Of a stretch of 64,000 nt of DNA, positions 21,530-33,396 are shown in pieces; within the stretch, counting starts at the first letter, position 1; each line of letters opens with the position of its first letter. The notes beneath the pieces were generated by a model. The model had not been told where the DNA came from. It worked only from the letters and a program-made list of their open reading frames with translations, and ran no database searches. Both the position numbers and the translations under genes were made by a program. The DNA comes from Deinococcus sp. (GTDB lineage: Bacteria; Deinococcota; Deinococci; Deinococcales; Deinococcaceae). The stretch lies in NCBI GenBank assembly GCA_965261005.1, contig OZ253375.1, positions 416,001-480,000 of the forward strand. Direction: 5' to 3'.

Positions 21530-22305
21530 TTAGCGCGCGCAGCCCGCCTTGATCTCCGCCGCCAGCGGCCCAACCCCGCCCGGCTGGGTGGCCGCCGTCA
21601 CCAGGGCGCTGCCCACCACCACGCCGTCGGCGACCTCGGCCACGGCGCGCGCGGAGGCGCGGTCGGCGACGCCGAAGCCGACCGCGATGGGCAGATCGGT
21701 GTGCTGCCGGGCTTGGGCCAGCATCATCGGGACCTCGTGCAGGGCGCCCTGGGCGCGCGCCCCGGTCACCCCCGTCACGCTGACGGCGTAGAGAAAGCCG
21801 GTCGTGGCTTCCGCCACCAAGGCGACCCGCTTCGGCGTGGAGGTCGGCGCGATCAGAAAGGTGAGCTTGAGGCCGTGTTCCCCCGCCAAGGCACTCAAGG
21901 TTTCCGCCTCGTCGGGCGGCAGATCGGGCAGGATCAGGCCGTCCACGCCGGCCGCCAGGGCATCCTCGACGAATCTTTCCTCGCCCCAAGCCAGGATGGG
22001 GTTGTAGTAGGTCATGATGACCAGCGGCTTGTCGCTCACGTTGCGCAGCTCCCGGGCCGCCTCGAAGGTGCCCGCGATGGTGGCGCCGTTTCGGAGGGCC
22101 TGCTCGCTGGCCTTTTGGACGGTGGGACCGTCGCCGAGGGGGTCGGAGTACGGCAGGCCGATTTCGAGCAGGTCGGCGCTCTTCAGCAGGGTGCGGGCCT
22201 CTGTTTGGAAGCGCTGTTTGTCGGGGTAGTCGGCGGGCAGGTAGGCGATGAAGGCGGCGCGGTGCTCGGCTGTGGCCGCGTCAAAGGCGCTGCGGATGCG
22301 GTCGG

Positions 22306-22309
<4 letters not shown>
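21530..22309 (-). CDS. trpA: Tryptophan synthase alpha subunit
   Basis: [46 protein letters not shown]. Confidence 0.96.
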
Positions 22310-23544
<1,235 letters not shown>

Positions 23545-23548
23545 GCCT

Positions 23549-24430
23549 TCAGGTTAGCGGGGGGCGGGGGGGGGCGGCGCTCAGAAACTTAGACAAGTCG
23601 TCTAGGTTTTCCCGCCACAGCTGCAACAGGTCGTCCATGCTGACCTCATCCGGCATGGTCCAACCGAGCGAGGAGGCCAGCTGAGCCAGCAGGCGCTGAG
23701 GGTGGTCTCCGTTTTCCCTGAAGTCGGCCACGCTGGGGGCGCCGCCGCGTTTGGCGAGGCGCCGGCCCGCGAAGTCGGTCATCAGGGGGACGTGCAGGTA
23801 GCGCGGGGTGGGCAGTTTCAGGGCGCGTTGCAGGGCGACTTGGCGCGGCGTGCTGGGCCACAGGTCTTCCCCGCGCAGCACGTCGGTCACCTTCATGTCG
23901 GCGTCGTCCACCACGGCGGCCAGGTGATAGGCGTAGGCCCCGTCGGCGCGCTGGAGAACGAAGTCGCCCACTTGGGCCGGCAGGTCTTGGCAGAGTTGGC
24001 CCAGGCGCAGGTCGTGAGCGCAGACGGTTTTGTCGGGGACGCGCCAGCGCACGGCGCCGGAGGTGAATCGTTTGTCGCGGCAAGTGCCGGGATAGACGGT
24101 CTCTTTCCCGTGCGGGGCGGCGGCGGCTTCGGCGACGCTTTTGCGGGTGCAGGTGCAGCGGTAGGTGGGCAGGGCGGCGAGGGCCTGCTGGTACAGGAAC
24201 AATCGCTGGGACTGTATATATTCCTGGTCCCAGGTCAGGCCCAGCCAGGCCAGGTCGCGCCGGGTCAGCTCAAAGGCGCCTGGGCGCACCCGGCCGGCGT
24301 CGAGGTCCTCGAAGCGCAACAGAAAGCGCCCGCCCACGGCGCGAACGTGCAGCCAAGCCAGCAGCGCGGTGCGCGCGTTGCCCAGGTGCAGCGGGCCGGT
24401 CGGGCTGGGGGCGAAGCGGCCGATGACCAT
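23549..24430 (-). CDS. gluQ: tRNA glutamyl-Q(34) synthetase GluQRS
   Basis: [33 protein letters not shown]; short GluRS paralog lacking the anticodon domain. Confidence 0.88.
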   Translation of the reverse strand: MVIGRFAPSPTGPLHLGNARTALLAWLHVRAVGGRFLLRFEDLDAGRVRPGAFELTRRDLAWLGLTWDQEYIQSQRLFLYQQALAALPTYRCTCTRKSVAEAAAAPHGKETVYPGTCRDKRFTSGAVRWRVPDKTVCAHDLRLGQLCQDLPAQVGDFVLQRADGAYAYHLAAVVDDADMKVTDVLRGEDLWPSTPRQVALQRALKLPTPRYLHVPLMTDFAGRRLAKRGGAPSVADFRENGDHPQRLLAQLASSLGWTMPDEVSMDDLLQLWRENLDDLSKFLSAAPPRPPLT

Positions 24431-24480
24431 TCAGCTGGCCACCCTTCAGCCGACCGCCATTCAGCTGACCACCATTCAGT
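24424..24480. repeat. Imperfect 15-bp tandem repeat (about 4 copies of ACCATTCAGCTGACC) between rel and gluQ
   Basis: CATTCAGC/CTTCAGC recurs every 15 nt. Confidence 0.7.
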
Positions 24481-26779
24481 CGTCGCCCGCGAGGGGGCGC
24501 GGCACGCCCGGCACCGACTTGCCGCCGCGCGCCCCGACGCGCAGCACGTCCTGCACGTCGCGCACCCGGCGCACGGCGTCCGCGAGCACGCTGAGGTCAA
24601 AGCGGTCCCCCACCGCCACGCGCAGGTAGATGTGCGCGACGCCCCCCGCCGCCACGCCGGCCTCCACCTTGAGGGGACTGCGCTTTTGGTCGCCGAGGAC
24701 CGAGAGCACCTCAGCGAGCAACCCGGGGCGGTCGGTGGCGACCACGTCGAGGTCCACCAAGGCGTCGCCGGTTTGGCCGGGGTCCCACGCCGCCGACACG
24801 CAGCGGTCCGGCTCGTCCTTGAGTAGGCGCGCCAAGTTGGGGCAGTCGGCGCGGTGAATGGTCACGCCGCGCCCGCGGGTGACGTAGCCCAGAATCTGGT
24901 CGCCGCGAATCGGGTGGCAGCAGTTGGCGCTTTTGCTGGGCGTGCTGATGCCCTGGACGTACACGCCGCCCGGCGCCGGGGCGACCCTGGGCGCCGGGGG
25001 CGCGGGCCGCTGCTCGCGCTGCAACTCAGGCGAAAGTACGCGCGCCACCGCCCCGCAGGTCAGCTTGCCGGCGTGCAGGGCAAAGTAGAGGTCGTCGGGG
25101 TTGCGGCTGCCCAGCAGCTTGCCCGCCGCGTCCTCCAGCAACTTGGTGCGCATCAGTTGCCGCACCGGCAGTTGGCGCTTGCGCAAGTAGCGCTCCAGCG
25201 CGTCGTGGCCGCTTTGCAGGGCTTCTTGGCGCTCGCGCTGGCGGAAGAAGTGCCGAATCTTGCCGCGCGCGCTGCGGGTGACGGTGAAATTCAGCCAATC
25301 CTGGCTGGGGCCGGCGGAGTTGCGGCTGGCGATGATCTCGACCATGTCGCCGTTCTTGAGCTTGGCGCTCAGCGGCACGATGGAGCCGTTCACCCGCGCG
25401 CCCACGGCGGTGTCGCCGACGCGCGAGTGAATGTGGTAGGCGAAGTCCACCGGCGTGCTGCCCTGCGGCAAGCTGACGGCGTCCCCCTTCGGCGTGAACA
25501 CGAACACCCGCCCCGACAACAGGTCGCTCTTGACCGCGTCCACGAAGTCGCTGGCGTCGGCGATGTCGCGCTGAAGTTCGCTCAGCTGCAACAGCCAGTT
25601 TTCACGGCTGCGCCCGCTGAGGGCCGCCCCCTGCTTGTACATCCAGTGGGCCGCCACGCCGAACTCGGCGACCTCGTGCATGCGCGAGGAGCGGATCTGC
25701 ACCTCGATGGGCTGGCCGGCGGTGGAGATCACGGTGGTGTGCAGGCTTTGGTAGCCGTTGGGCTTGGGCACCGCGATGTAGTCCTTGAAGCGGCCCGGAA
25801 TCGGCGTCCACATCGAGTGAACCAACCCCAAGCTGTGGTAGCAGACTTGCTTTTCGCGCAGATCAAAGGCGCGCTCGGGGTTGGCTTCGGCCGCTCCGGC
25901 GGGCTTCGGCGTCAAGATCACGCGCACCGCCAACAGATCAAAGATCTGCTCCAGGGACTTGCCCTCTTTTTGCATCTTGTGGTGAATCGAGTAGAGGTGC
26001 TTGCTGCGCCCGGCGATGTCGATGTCCTCGACCCACTCCGACAGCTCGGGGTCCTCCAAGAGGGCCGCGCGCAACTGAACGGCCGCCGCGTGAATGTGCG
26101 CCTCGCGCTCGGCTTGCTTGGTGCGCAACCGGCGCGCCAAGCTGTCGTGGGCCTCCGGGTCGAGGTAGTAGAAGCTGAGGTCTTCGAGTTCCCACTTGAT
26201 CTGCCCGATGCCGAGGCGGTGCGCCAGCGGCGCGAAGATCTCCAAGGTCTCACGCGCGATGCGCTGCTGCTTGTCGGGCGGCATGCTGCCGAGGGTGCGC
26301 ATGTTGTGCAGCCGGTCGGCCAGCTTGACGATGATGACGCGCAAATCCCCCGTCATGGCGACCAACATCTGGCGCAAATTCTCGCTTTGCTCGTCGTGCA
26401 GCTTGGAGGACATCTTGGTCAGCTTGCTGACCTTGGTCTCCCCCTCCACGATGCGCCGCACGGCCGGGCCGAAGTCGCGCTCGATGTCCTCAAAGGTCAG
26501 GTCGGTGTCCTCGACCGTGTCGTGCAGCAAACCCGCCACCACCCCGTCGGTGTCCATGCCGAGGTCGGCCAGAATCTGCGCGACGGCCAGCGGGTGCGTG
26601 ATGTACGGCTCCCCGCTTTTGCGCAGGGTGCCGGCGTGGGCGCGCTCGGCCACCCGGTACGCGGTCAGGACGCGGGCGCGCTCGGCGGACGGCCGCGGCG
26701 CGAGGGTCGCCAACAGAAACGCCAAGCCGTCCGTCACCGGATCATTCGTCCCCGAGTTGTCCGCCGCTTGGCCGTGCAT
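24476..26779 (-). CDS. rel: Bifunctional (p)ppGpp synthetase/hydrolase (long RSH)
   Basis: SGEPYITHP, HDTVEDT (HD), KLADRLHNMRT, RFKDYIA.PKPNGYQSLHT, TGS (FTPKG..DFAY), CC..PIRGD, ACT; ATG 26779 lies 6 nt after TATTCT. Confidence 0.95.
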   Translation of the reverse strand: MHGQAADNSGTNDPVTDGLAFLLATLAPRPSAERARVLTAYRVAERAHAGTLRKSGEPYITHPLAVAQILADLGMDTDGVVAGLLHDTVEDTDLTFEDIERDFGPAVRRIVEGETKVSKLTKMSSKLHDEQSENLRQMLVAMTGDLRVIIVKLADRLHNMRTLGSMPPDKQQRIARETLEIFAPLAHRLGIGQIKWELEDLSFYYLDPEAHDSLARRLRTKQAEREAHIHAAAVQLRAALLEDPELSEWVEDIDIAGRSKHLYSIHHKMQKEGKSLEQIFDLLAVRVILTPKPAGAAEANPERAFDLREKQVCYHSLGLVHSMWTPIPGRFKDYIAVPKPNGYQSLHTTVISTAGQPIEVQIRSSRMHEVAEFGVAAHWMYKQGAALSGRSRENWLLQLSELQRDIADASDFVDAVKSDLLSGRVFVFTPKGDAVSLPQGSTPVDFAYHIHSRVGDTAVGARVNGSIVPLSAKLKNGDMVEIIASRNSAGPSQDWLNFTVTRSARGKIRHFFRQRERQEALQSGHDALERYLRKRQLPVRQLMRTKLLEDAAGKLLGSRNPDDLYFALHAGKLTCGAVARVLSPELQREQRPAPPAPRVAPAPGGVYVQGISTPSKSANCCHPIRGDQILGYVTRGRGVTIHRADCPNLARLLKDEPDRCVSAAWDPGQTGDALVDLDVVATDRPGLLAEVLSVLGDQKRSPLKVEAGVAAGGVAHIYLRVAVGDRFDLSVLADAVRRVRDVQDVLRVGARGGKSVPGVPRPLAGDD

Positions 26780-26825
26780 CCGCCCAGAATAGCGCAGGCG
26801 CCGGGAAAGATCGTGCCCGCGGGCC

Positions 26826-26850
26826 AAAAAAAAGCCCGCGCGTGGCGGGC
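26826..26850 (-). terminator. Intrinsic terminator after the small ORF
   Basis: GCCCGC-5nt-GCGGGC stem followed by T8 on the minus strand. Confidence 0.7.
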
Positions 26851-26867
26851 GAAAAGAGAAAGCTAGG

Positions 26868-26975
26868 TTAGCGGCGGCGCGCACGAACGGGAACGCGCGC
26901 CGGCTCGGGCTGCGGAAACAGCGCACGCTCCAACGCTTCGCGCAGGGCGGCGAGGGCCTTTTTGAGATCGTCCAT
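26868..26975 (-). CDS. Small protein, 35 aa (MDDLKKALAALREALERALFPQPEPARVPVRARRR)
   Basis: Not in the ORF track; AAGGGAG just upstream of ATG, high-GC codon usage, own terminator. Confidence 0.65.
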   Translation of the reverse strand: MDDLKKALAALREALERALFPQPEPARVPVRARRR

Positions 26976-27066
26976 AAGCTCCCTTATGCTACGCGCCCGC
27001 AGGTGAAAGTCGTGCGCTTTTGGTCACAACTCGTGAGGAAACCGCCCGGCAGGTTTACGGCCAGCC

Positions 27067-27660
27067 TTAGCTTTCGGGCTTGTCGCCCCCGCCCAGCAGG
27101 CCGCCCAACATCCCGCCCAAACCGCCGGTCTGGGCCGAGTCGCCCTGTGCGCCGAACAAGCCGCCCAGCACGCCGAGGGCGCCCGGCATCTTTTGGGCGA
27201 TGCTGCCAGCTTCCCCCGAAAGCAGCGAGCCGAGACCGCCCGCGCCGAGGCCCTGCTGGTTCTGCTGCCGGCCGAGGGCGCCCATCACCAGCGGGGCGAG
27301 GCTGCTCAGCAAGCGCATGGCCGAGGACGTGTCGAGGCCGCTGCTCTGGCTGACCGCCTGGGCGGCCTGCTCGGTGTGAGCGCCGAAGACGTGCTGCACG
27401 ATCTTCTGGCCTTCCTGGGTGTCCACTTGGCCGCCCTCGCGCAGCTGGTCGAGGGCCTGACCGTCATGCCGGCCGAGGGCGCCCAGCAAGTTTTGGGCGC
27501 CGCCGGGCTGGCTGGCATTGTGCGATAAGCCCGACAACAGCAGCGGCAAGGCGGACTGAATGCCCGCCGCCGTTTGGCTGGGTTCGGCGCCGACGGTCTG
27601 GCTGATTTGGCGGGTCTGCTCCTCGCCGAGAGCGCCGAGCACGGTATCGAGTAGGGACAT
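27067..27660 (-). CDS. DUF937-family protein
   Basis: QISQTVGA, ALPLLLSGL..NAS.PGGA..L..AL..HDG, GQKIVQHVFG, Gly-rich tail. Confidence 0.8.
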   Translation of the reverse strand: MSLLDTVLGALGEEQTRQISQTVGAEPSQTAAGIQSALPLLLSGLSHNASQPGGAQNLLGALGRHDGQALDQLREGGQVDTQEGQKIVQHVFGAHTEQAAQAVSQSSGLDTSSAMRLLSSLAPLVMGALGRQQNQQGLGAGGLGSLLSGEAGSIAQKMPGALGVLGGLFGAQGDSAQTGGLGGMLGGLLGGGDKPES

Positions 27661-27677
27661 ACAAGCTCCTTTGAAAA

Positions 27678-28394
27678 TCAGCCCTTCTTGGGCTGGGCCG
27701 GCCGCACCTCGATGCGGCTGGGCAAGGTGCGCGCGGGCATGTCGAGCAGGTCAACCACAATCTGCGCGATGTCCTCCGGCTGAATCTTCCAAGCGTCGGC
27801 CTGATCCGGCTGGTGGCCGCCGAAGTGGGTGGCGACCGAGCCGGGCATGATCTGCGACACCTTGATGCCCAGCGGCCGCAGATCGAGCATCATCGCCTCG
27901 GATAAACCGTTCAGGCCGAACTTGCTGGCGTTGTAGGCGCCGCCGCCGGCAAAGGGATTCTTGCCGGCCAGGCTCGACAAGGTGATGACGTAGCCGCCGC
28001 TCTTTTGCAACTCGGGGACGCTGGCCTTGACGCTGTAAAAGACGCCGGTCAGGTTGGTGTCAATCACGTCTTGCCACTGCTCGGGGTCGAGGTCCTGAAT
28101 GGGCGCGAAGTGACCGACGCCGGCGTTGGCGAACAAGACGCTCAAGCCGCCGAACTTCTCGACGTGCCGCCGCACCACGTCTTGCTGGGCGGCGAGGTCG
28201 CGCACGTCACAGACCACGCCGAGAGCCTGATCGCCGAGGTCGCGCGCCGCCGCCGCCACCTCCTGCTGGTTGCGGGCGGTGATGGTCACGCCGTAACCGC
28301 TCTCCACCAGCGCCCGCGCCACGGCCAAGCCGATGCCCTTGCTGCCGCCGGTGACGAGGGCGCTGCGACGGCCGGGGTTAGACTGCATGCTCAT
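27678..28394 (-). CDS. SDR family oxidoreductase
   Basis: TGGSKGIG, NAG, YNASK, PG.V.T motifs. Confidence 0.92.
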   Translation of the reverse strand: MSMQSNPGRRSALVTGGSKGIGLAVARALVESGYGVTITARNQQEVAAAARDLGDQALGVVCDVRDLAAQQDVVRRHVEKFGGLSVLFANAGVGHFAPIQDLDPEQWQDVIDTNLTGVFYSVKASVPELQKSGGYVITLSSLAGKNPFAGGGAYNASKFGLNGLSEAMMLDLRPLGIKVSQIMPGSVATHFGGHQPDQADAWKIQPEDIAQIVVDLLDMPARTLPSRIEVRPAQPKKG

Positions 28395-28481
28395 ACCACA
28401 CGCTAACACGCCGCAGAAACGACGTTTTGCTGACTGAACGCGCGCTCAAGGGCGGCTTATGAAAGCGCTCTAGCATACGGC

Positions 28482-29090
28482 ATGCGACGCCTCCTCGACA
28501 CGCTGCGCCTGCTGCGCTCACCCCAGGGCTGCCCGTGGGACCAGGAGCAGACCCACGCCAGCTTGCGCCCCTACCTGCTCGAAGAGGCCGCCGAGGCGGT
28601 GGACGCCTTGTCGGCGGGAAAAGATGCGGAGGTGGTGAACGAGCTGGGCGACGTGCTGCTTCAGGTGGCCTTTCACGCCGTCATCGCCGAGGAGGAGGGG
28701 CGCTACGGCTACGCTGACATCGAGGGCGCCATCGTGGACAAGCTGGTCCGGCGCCACCCGCACGTGTTCGCGGGCGTGCACGTCGAAGGGAGTGACGAGG
28801 TGGTCCGCAACTGGCAGGCCATCAAGCGTGAGGAGCGCGGCGGGCGCGAGAAAAGCCTTCAGGAGCGCGTGCCGGCAAGTTTGGGCGCCCTGGCGCGCGA
28901 GGCAGCGGTGCAGGGGCAGCTGGGAACGGGGACGCGAGGGCGACAGGACGCGCTGAACTTGGCCGGCGAGATCGAGGAATCGGAGGCCGGCTTCGGCGCG
29001 CTGCTCGCCGCCGTGGTCACCTGGACGCGCGAGTGTGGCGTGGACCCCGAGGTGGCCCTCAGGGCGCACACGGCGCGGCAAACGTCTTGA
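28482..29090 (+). CDS. MazG-family nucleoside triphosphate pyrophosphohydrolase
   Basis: [40 protein letters not shown]. Confidence 0.9.
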   Translation: MRRLLDTLRLLRSPQGCPWDQEQTHASLRPYLLEEAAEAVDALSAGKDAEVVNELGDVLLQVAFHAVIAEEEGRYGYADIEGAIVDKLVRRHPHVFAGVHVEGSDEVVRNWQAIKREERGGREKSLQERVPASLGALAREAAVQGQLGTGTRGRQDALNLAGEIEESEAGFGALLAAVVTWTRECGVDPEVALRAHTARQTS

Positions 29091-29641
29091 GCGGGTCGGA
29101 CGACCCCTGGCACACTTGGCTGAACGGCCGGACGCGGCGCGCGCTGCACCTGCCCGGATACAGAAGCGCGGCGGTGCTGGTCGGGCTGACTGACGAGCCG
29201 GAAACGCGCGTGTTGCTGACCCGGCGCTCGATGAAGTTACCCACGCACGGAGGCCAGATCAGCTTTCCGGGCGGGCGCCTGGAGGTTGGCGAGAACGCCA
29301 CCCAGGCCGCGCTGCGTGAGGCTTGGGAAGAGGTCGGGCTGAACCCGAATCAGGTCCGGGTGCTGGGCGAGCTGGACGATGTGTTCACGCCGGCCGGCTT
29401 TCACGTGACGCCGGTGCTGGCGCGCCTGCCGGCCGCTGAGCCGTACCAGCTCAGCGGCGAGGTGGACGAGGTGTTGCTGCCCAGCCTGCGCGAACTGCGC
29501 GCGCTTCCGCCTCTTGCCGAGGAGCGCGCCTTGCCGGGCGGCGAGCGCCAGCTGCTGTACCGCTATCCCTGGCGTACACACGACATCTGGGGCATGACCG
29601 CGCGGGTGCTGCGCGACGTGCTGGAAAGCGGCGTGGGGTGA
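29087..29641 (+). CDS. Nudix hydrolase, CoA pyrophosphatase type
   Basis: [42 protein letters not shown] start overlaps the mazG stop. Confidence 0.9.
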   Translation: MSGSDDPWHTWLNGRTRRALHLPGYRSAAVLVGLTDEPETRVLLTRRSMKLPTHGGQISFPGGRLEVGENATQAALREAWEEVGLNPNQVRVLGELDDVFTPAGFHVTPVLARLPAAEPYQLSGEVDEVLLPSLRELRALPPLAEERALPGGERQLLYRYPWRTHDIWGMTARVLRDVLESGVG

Positions 29642-29642
29642 G

Positions 29643-30308
29643 TTACTGGCTGGTCAGCGGCGTGGGCACGTGCAGATAAAAGGCGAGGGGGGCGCTGGTC
29701 ATGGCGCGGCGGTAGACGTCGTCCGCCTTGGGCAGGTAGACGTAGTGCTCGGCACGGGTCAGACCGCCCTCTATGTTCCAGCGGCTCTGTATTTCCGGGG
29801 ACGCCGTGCGGTACGACAAGATGAAGGCTTTGTCCGTGTAGATCAGCCGGTCGTGGGTCATGCGCGGCAGCAGCTCACCATCGTCGAGGACGCTGTTCTT
29901 GTTGGCGTCCTGAAACATCACCAGCGACAGCACGGCCACCCGCGCGTCCGCGCCCGTCACGTCCGTCATGGTGGCCCCCTGCGGAATCAGGCTGGCCGGC
30001 GCCACGCGAACGGCGCCGGCCGCGAAGCCGCGCAGCTGCGTGACGTCCAGTTTGAGCTGGGTGGCGCCGCCGGCCACCGGAATCACGCCGCGCAGCCGTC
30101 CGTCCATATCTTGCAGGCCCAGGTAGGTGGGCGCCCCGTTTGGCACCGGATCGAAGGTGACAAGGTCGGTTGCGGCGGCGGGAACACCCGTCTCAGGATC
30201 GGGGGGCGTCACGGGCAGGCGGTCGCCGAGGGCGCTGGTGCCGCTCCCACAAGCGGTCAGCGCGGCGGCGGTCAGCAAGGCGACGAGGGTGATCGAAACG
30301 GTCTTCAC
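29643..30308 (-). CDS. Hypothetical lipoprotein (paralog of the neighbouring gene)
   Basis: GTG start with GAGGGG RBS, lipobox LTAC, DANKNSVLDDGE loop. Confidence 0.7.
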   Translation of the reverse strand: MKTVSITLVALLTAAALTACGSGTSALGDRLPVTPPDPETGVPAAATDLVTFDPVPNGAPTYLGLQDMDGRLRGVIPVAGGATQLKLDVTQLRGFAAGAVRVAPASLIPQGATMTDVTGADARVAVLSLVMFQDANKNSVLDDGELLPRMTHDRLIYTDKAFILSYRTASPEIQSRWNIEGGLTRAEHYVYLPKADDVYRRAMTSAPLAFYLHVPTPLTSQ

Positions 30309-31006
30309 TTGTTCCCCCTCAAGCTCTGGCTGGAGGCGTAGGCGCTCGGCTCGTGCAAAAAGAAGCTGAGGTCCGCGACCGAGTTCATGCTGATCTGGTA
30401 GGTGCCGGGCGCCGCCGAGGGTTCGAGAACCACATGCTCGACATGGCTCCACCCCTCGGCGCGCTGGCCGCGCTCCACGGCGTTCGCGACCGGCAAGCTG
30501 AAGCTGTAGGAAAACGGCGCGCTGGCATAGCTGTAGACGTCGTGTGTGTCGTAGACCACCTCGCCCTCGCCGCTAAGCGTGCCGTCGCCGTCAAGGTCGC
30601 GCCACACGACGGGATACAGGTTGCCGGTCTTGACGCCTGACTGCGACACTTGCACATCAGTCTTGTCGGCGGTCTCGCCGCCCAAAAAGGGTGTGAGGAA
30701 CTCGGGGTTGTTGACGAGGTCGTCGAGGTCGCCGCGCGATATGTAGAGATCGCTCCCGTCCTTCGAGACATAGCCGCCGCCCACCGTATGCGACTTACCT
30801 GCCGCGTCATACCACAGCAGCGAGCCGCGCAGGTGGGTGTTCTCGTCCGGGGGCGTTTTGAGGTTGTCCGTCGCGCCGGGAGGCAGGCGCAAGGTGAAGC
30901 CTTGGCCGATCACCATATATGATGAGGTGGGGCCGGGGCAGGCCGTCAATAAGGCCGTCAACGCAAAAGCTCCCAGCGAGCCGAACACAAAGCGCTTGGT
31001 TTTCAT
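30305..31006 (-). CDS. Hypothetical lipoprotein
   Basis: MKTKR plus hydrophobic stretch, lipobox LTAC, DLDGDGTLSGE loop. Confidence 0.75.
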   Translation of the reverse strand: MKTKRFVFGSLGAFALTALLTACPGPTSSYMVIGQGFTLRLPPGATDNLKTPPDENTHLRGSLLWYDAAGKSHTVGGGYVSKDGSDLYISRGDLDDLVNNPEFLTPFLGGETADKTDVQVSQSGVKTGNLYPVVWRDLDGDGTLSGEGEVVYDTHDVYSYASAPFSYSFSLPVANAVERGQRAEGWSHVEHVVLEPSAAPGTYQISMNSVADLSFFLHEPSAYASSQSLRGNK

Positions 31007-31046
31007 GTGGCGTTCATTGTAAATGTCGTCACGCTAAGTTTCAACC

Positions 31047-31295
31047 TCAGCGCCGCCGCGCGATCAGCTCGCGCAGCTTTTCGCTTGAGACGCGCGTGAA
31101 CAGCGCACCGTCGATTTTGACGATGGGGGCGTCCTCTGGCGGCTCGGCGCAGCGCGACAACAGCAGCTCGAAGTTGCCGTCGGCGCTGACCATGCCGGGC
31201 GAGATGCGCAGCTCGTTCCAAATCAAGTCCAGCAAAACCTCGCGCTCGTCGGCGCCCAGGCCCTCGGTGCAGAGTTCGATGCGGTGCAGGCTCAC
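31047..31295 (-). CDS. Small thioredoxin-like (NuoE/2Fe-2S ferredoxin-like) domain protein
   Basis: IELCT, L.ISPG.VSADG.FEL...C, APIVKIDG..F.RVS.EK; only two Cys; GTG start 31295 inferred. Confidence 0.6.
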   Translation of the reverse strand: MSLHRIELCTEGLGADEREVLLDLIWNELRISPGMVSADGNFELLLSRCAEPPEDAPIVKIDGALFTRVSSEKLRELIARRR

Positions 31296-31320
31296 GCCCG
31301 TTCCCTTGGCCGCAGGTCGC

Positions 31321-33396
31321 TCAAGCCAATTCCTCCAGGGCCGCCAGCCTTCGTACCGCCGCCTTGACCCCGGCCAGCAGCTGCAAGCGGGCCGCGCGAA
31401 CGCGCTCATCCTCGACCATCACCATCACGGCATCGAAAAAGCCGTCGAGGGTGGGCTTGATTCGCGTGACCGCGCGCAGGGGGTCGCCCAAGTCCAGCTG
31501 CGGTTCCGGCAGCGCCTCCTGCGGGTCCCAAGCGGGGTAGGCGCGCCGCGCAGCCTTCTCCAAGGCAGCGGCAGCCTCCTGCAATCCTGGCAGGGCGGCG
31601 GCCAAAGCTTGTTCGGCCGGTTCGCCGGAGGCCGGGCTTGGGACGGCCTCGGCGAAGGTGTCGCCGGCGAGGTTGGCCGCGCGCTTGTACAGGGCGGCCA
31701 GCTCGGCGAAGTCGGCGTCCTCGCGGGCGCCGTGCAGCAGGGCTGCGCGCCACAACAAACCGTAAGGGGTGCGGGCCACGCCACGCGCCGCCCGGATCAC
31801 CTGTAAGGGCACGCCGCGCGCCCCCAAGAGGGCGGCCAGGCGGTCCCACAGGAAGTCCTTCAGCGGGGCCAGCTTGCTTTCGTCCAACTCGATGCTGGCC
31901 TCGCGGTACACGTCCGCGCTCATCGAGATCAATTCCGTCATCGGCACCTCTATGCCAAAGCGCGCCAGCGTCCGCACCAAGCCGATGCCCGTGCGCCGCA
32001 GGCCGAAGGGGTCGGCGCTGCCGCTGGGTTGTTTGCCGACGCCGAAGAAGCCGACCAAGGTATCCAGGCGGTCGGCAATGGAGAGCAGGGCGCCCTCCAG
32101 GGAGGCGGGCAACTCGGCCTCGGCGGTCACGGGTTTCACGGCCTCGGCCAGCACGGCGGCGATTTCGGGCGCCGTCCCCTCGCGCCCGGCGTAGGCGGCG
32201 CCCATCACGCCGGCCAGGTCGGGATATTCCCCCACCATCTGGGTGCTGAGGTCGGCCAGGTGCAGCCCCGCCGCCGCGCGCAGAGAGGTGGGATCGGGCA
32301 GCAGGAGACCGCCCAAACGGGACGCCAAGTCGCGCACCCGGTTCGCCTTGTCGAGCATGTTGCCCAGCCCTCTTTGAAAGGCGCGCCCGCTGAGGGCCTC
32401 GCGCCGCTCGGTCAGCGGGACCTTGACGTCGTTGTTCCAAAAGAACAGGGCGTCGGACAAGCGGCCGTCCAACACTTGAACGTAGCCGCGCAGGGGAACG
32501 GCGGGGTCGGGCACACGGGTGTTGGAGACGACCGCGAACTTATTTTCCAGCCGGGTCTCGCCGCGCACCGGGAAGTAACGTTGGTGAACGACCATCGTCT
32601 CGGCCAGCACCTCGTCGGGCAAGGCCAGGTAGCGCGCGTCGAAGTCACCGACCAGGGCTGCGGGGTACTCCACCAGGTTGACCACCTCGTCAATCAGGCC
32701 CTCCGGGGTGTCGAAGGTGACGCCTGGGGGCAGGGCCTCGCGGACCAGCTTGAGGGTCAGTTCGCGGCGGGTCTCCTGGTCGGCGACGACGTGCGCCGTG
32801 AGCAGGTGCGTCTCGTACTCAGAGGGCGAGGCGAGGTCAACGGGGTCCGGCGACAAAAAGCGGTGGCCGCGCGTGGCCCGGCCCGCCGTCACGCCCGCCA
32901 CCGTCAGCGGCAGCACCTCGGTGTCGAGCAGGGCCACCAGCCAAGCGACCGGGCGCACGAACTCGGCGTCGGTGACGCTGCCCCAGCGCATCTTGCGCGG
33001 CGCCGGAAGATCGCGCAGCGCGCCGGCGAGCAGGTCCGGCAGCACTTCGGCCGTGGGTCTGCCAGGCTCAACCAGGGTGGCGTGGAGGTAGCCGCCCTCC
33101 TCCAGCAAATCTTCACGGGTCAGACCCAGCGAGGCGGCGAAGCCGGCGGCAGCCCTTTCGCCGGCCGCGCTCGCGGGGCCGCGCCGGCGGCTTTCCTGCC
33201 TAGGCTGCACGTCCGACAAGCCCGACACCCGCGCGGCCAGGCGGCGCGGGGTGCTGAACAGCTCCAGGGTTTTGAAGTTGAGCCGGGCGGCGTTCAGGCG
33301 CTCCGTCAGCAGCGCGCCCAGCCCCTCACGGCCCTGGTCCACGTAAAAGGCGGGCAACTCCTCGGCGCCGATCTCAAACAGCAGGGTGTGGCTCAC
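31321..33396 (-). CDS. glyS: Glycine--tRNA ligase beta subunit
   Basis: [54 protein letters not shown]. Confidence 0.95.
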   Translation of the reverse strand: MSHTLLFEIGAEELPAFYVDQGREGLGALLTERLNAARLNFKTLELFSTPRRLAARVSGLSDVQPRQESRRRGPASAAGERAAAGFAASLGLTREDLLEEGGYLHATLVEPGRPTAEVLPDLLAGALRDLPAPRKMRWGSVTDAEFVRPVAWLVALLDTEVLPLTVAGVTAGRATRGHRFLSPDPVDLASPSEYETHLLTAHVVADQETRRELTLKLVREALPPGVTFDTPEGLIDEVVNLVEYPAALVGDFDARYLALPDEVLAETMVVHQRYFPVRGETRLENKFAVVSNTRVPDPAVPLRGYVQVLDGRLSDALFFWNNDVKVPLTERREALSGRAFQRGLGNMLDKANRVRDLASRLGGLLLPDPTSLRAAAGLHLADLSTQMVGEYPDLAGVMGAAYAGREGTAPEIAAVLAEAVKPVTAEAELPASLEGALLSIADRLDTLVGFFGVGKQPSGSADPFGLRRTGIGLVRTLARFGIEVPMTELISMSADVYREASIELDESKLAPLKDFLWDRLAALLGARGVPLQVIRAARGVARTPYGLLWRAALLHGAREDADFAELAALYKRAANLAGDTFAEAVPSPASGEPAEQALAAALPGLQEAAAALEKAARRAYPAWDPQEALPEPQLDLGDPLRAVTRIKPTLDGFFDAVMVMVEDERVRAARLQLLAGVKAAVRRLAALEELA

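Noticed and set aside
23545..23600. trp attenuator or T-box before trpB or the aminoacyl-tRNA synthetase genes
   Set aside because: No Trp-codon leader or T-box motif; these genes look leaderless or translationally coupled.
24424..24480. Short repeats as a CRISPR array
   Set aside because: 15-bp head-to-tail units with no spacers, and no cas genes in the window.
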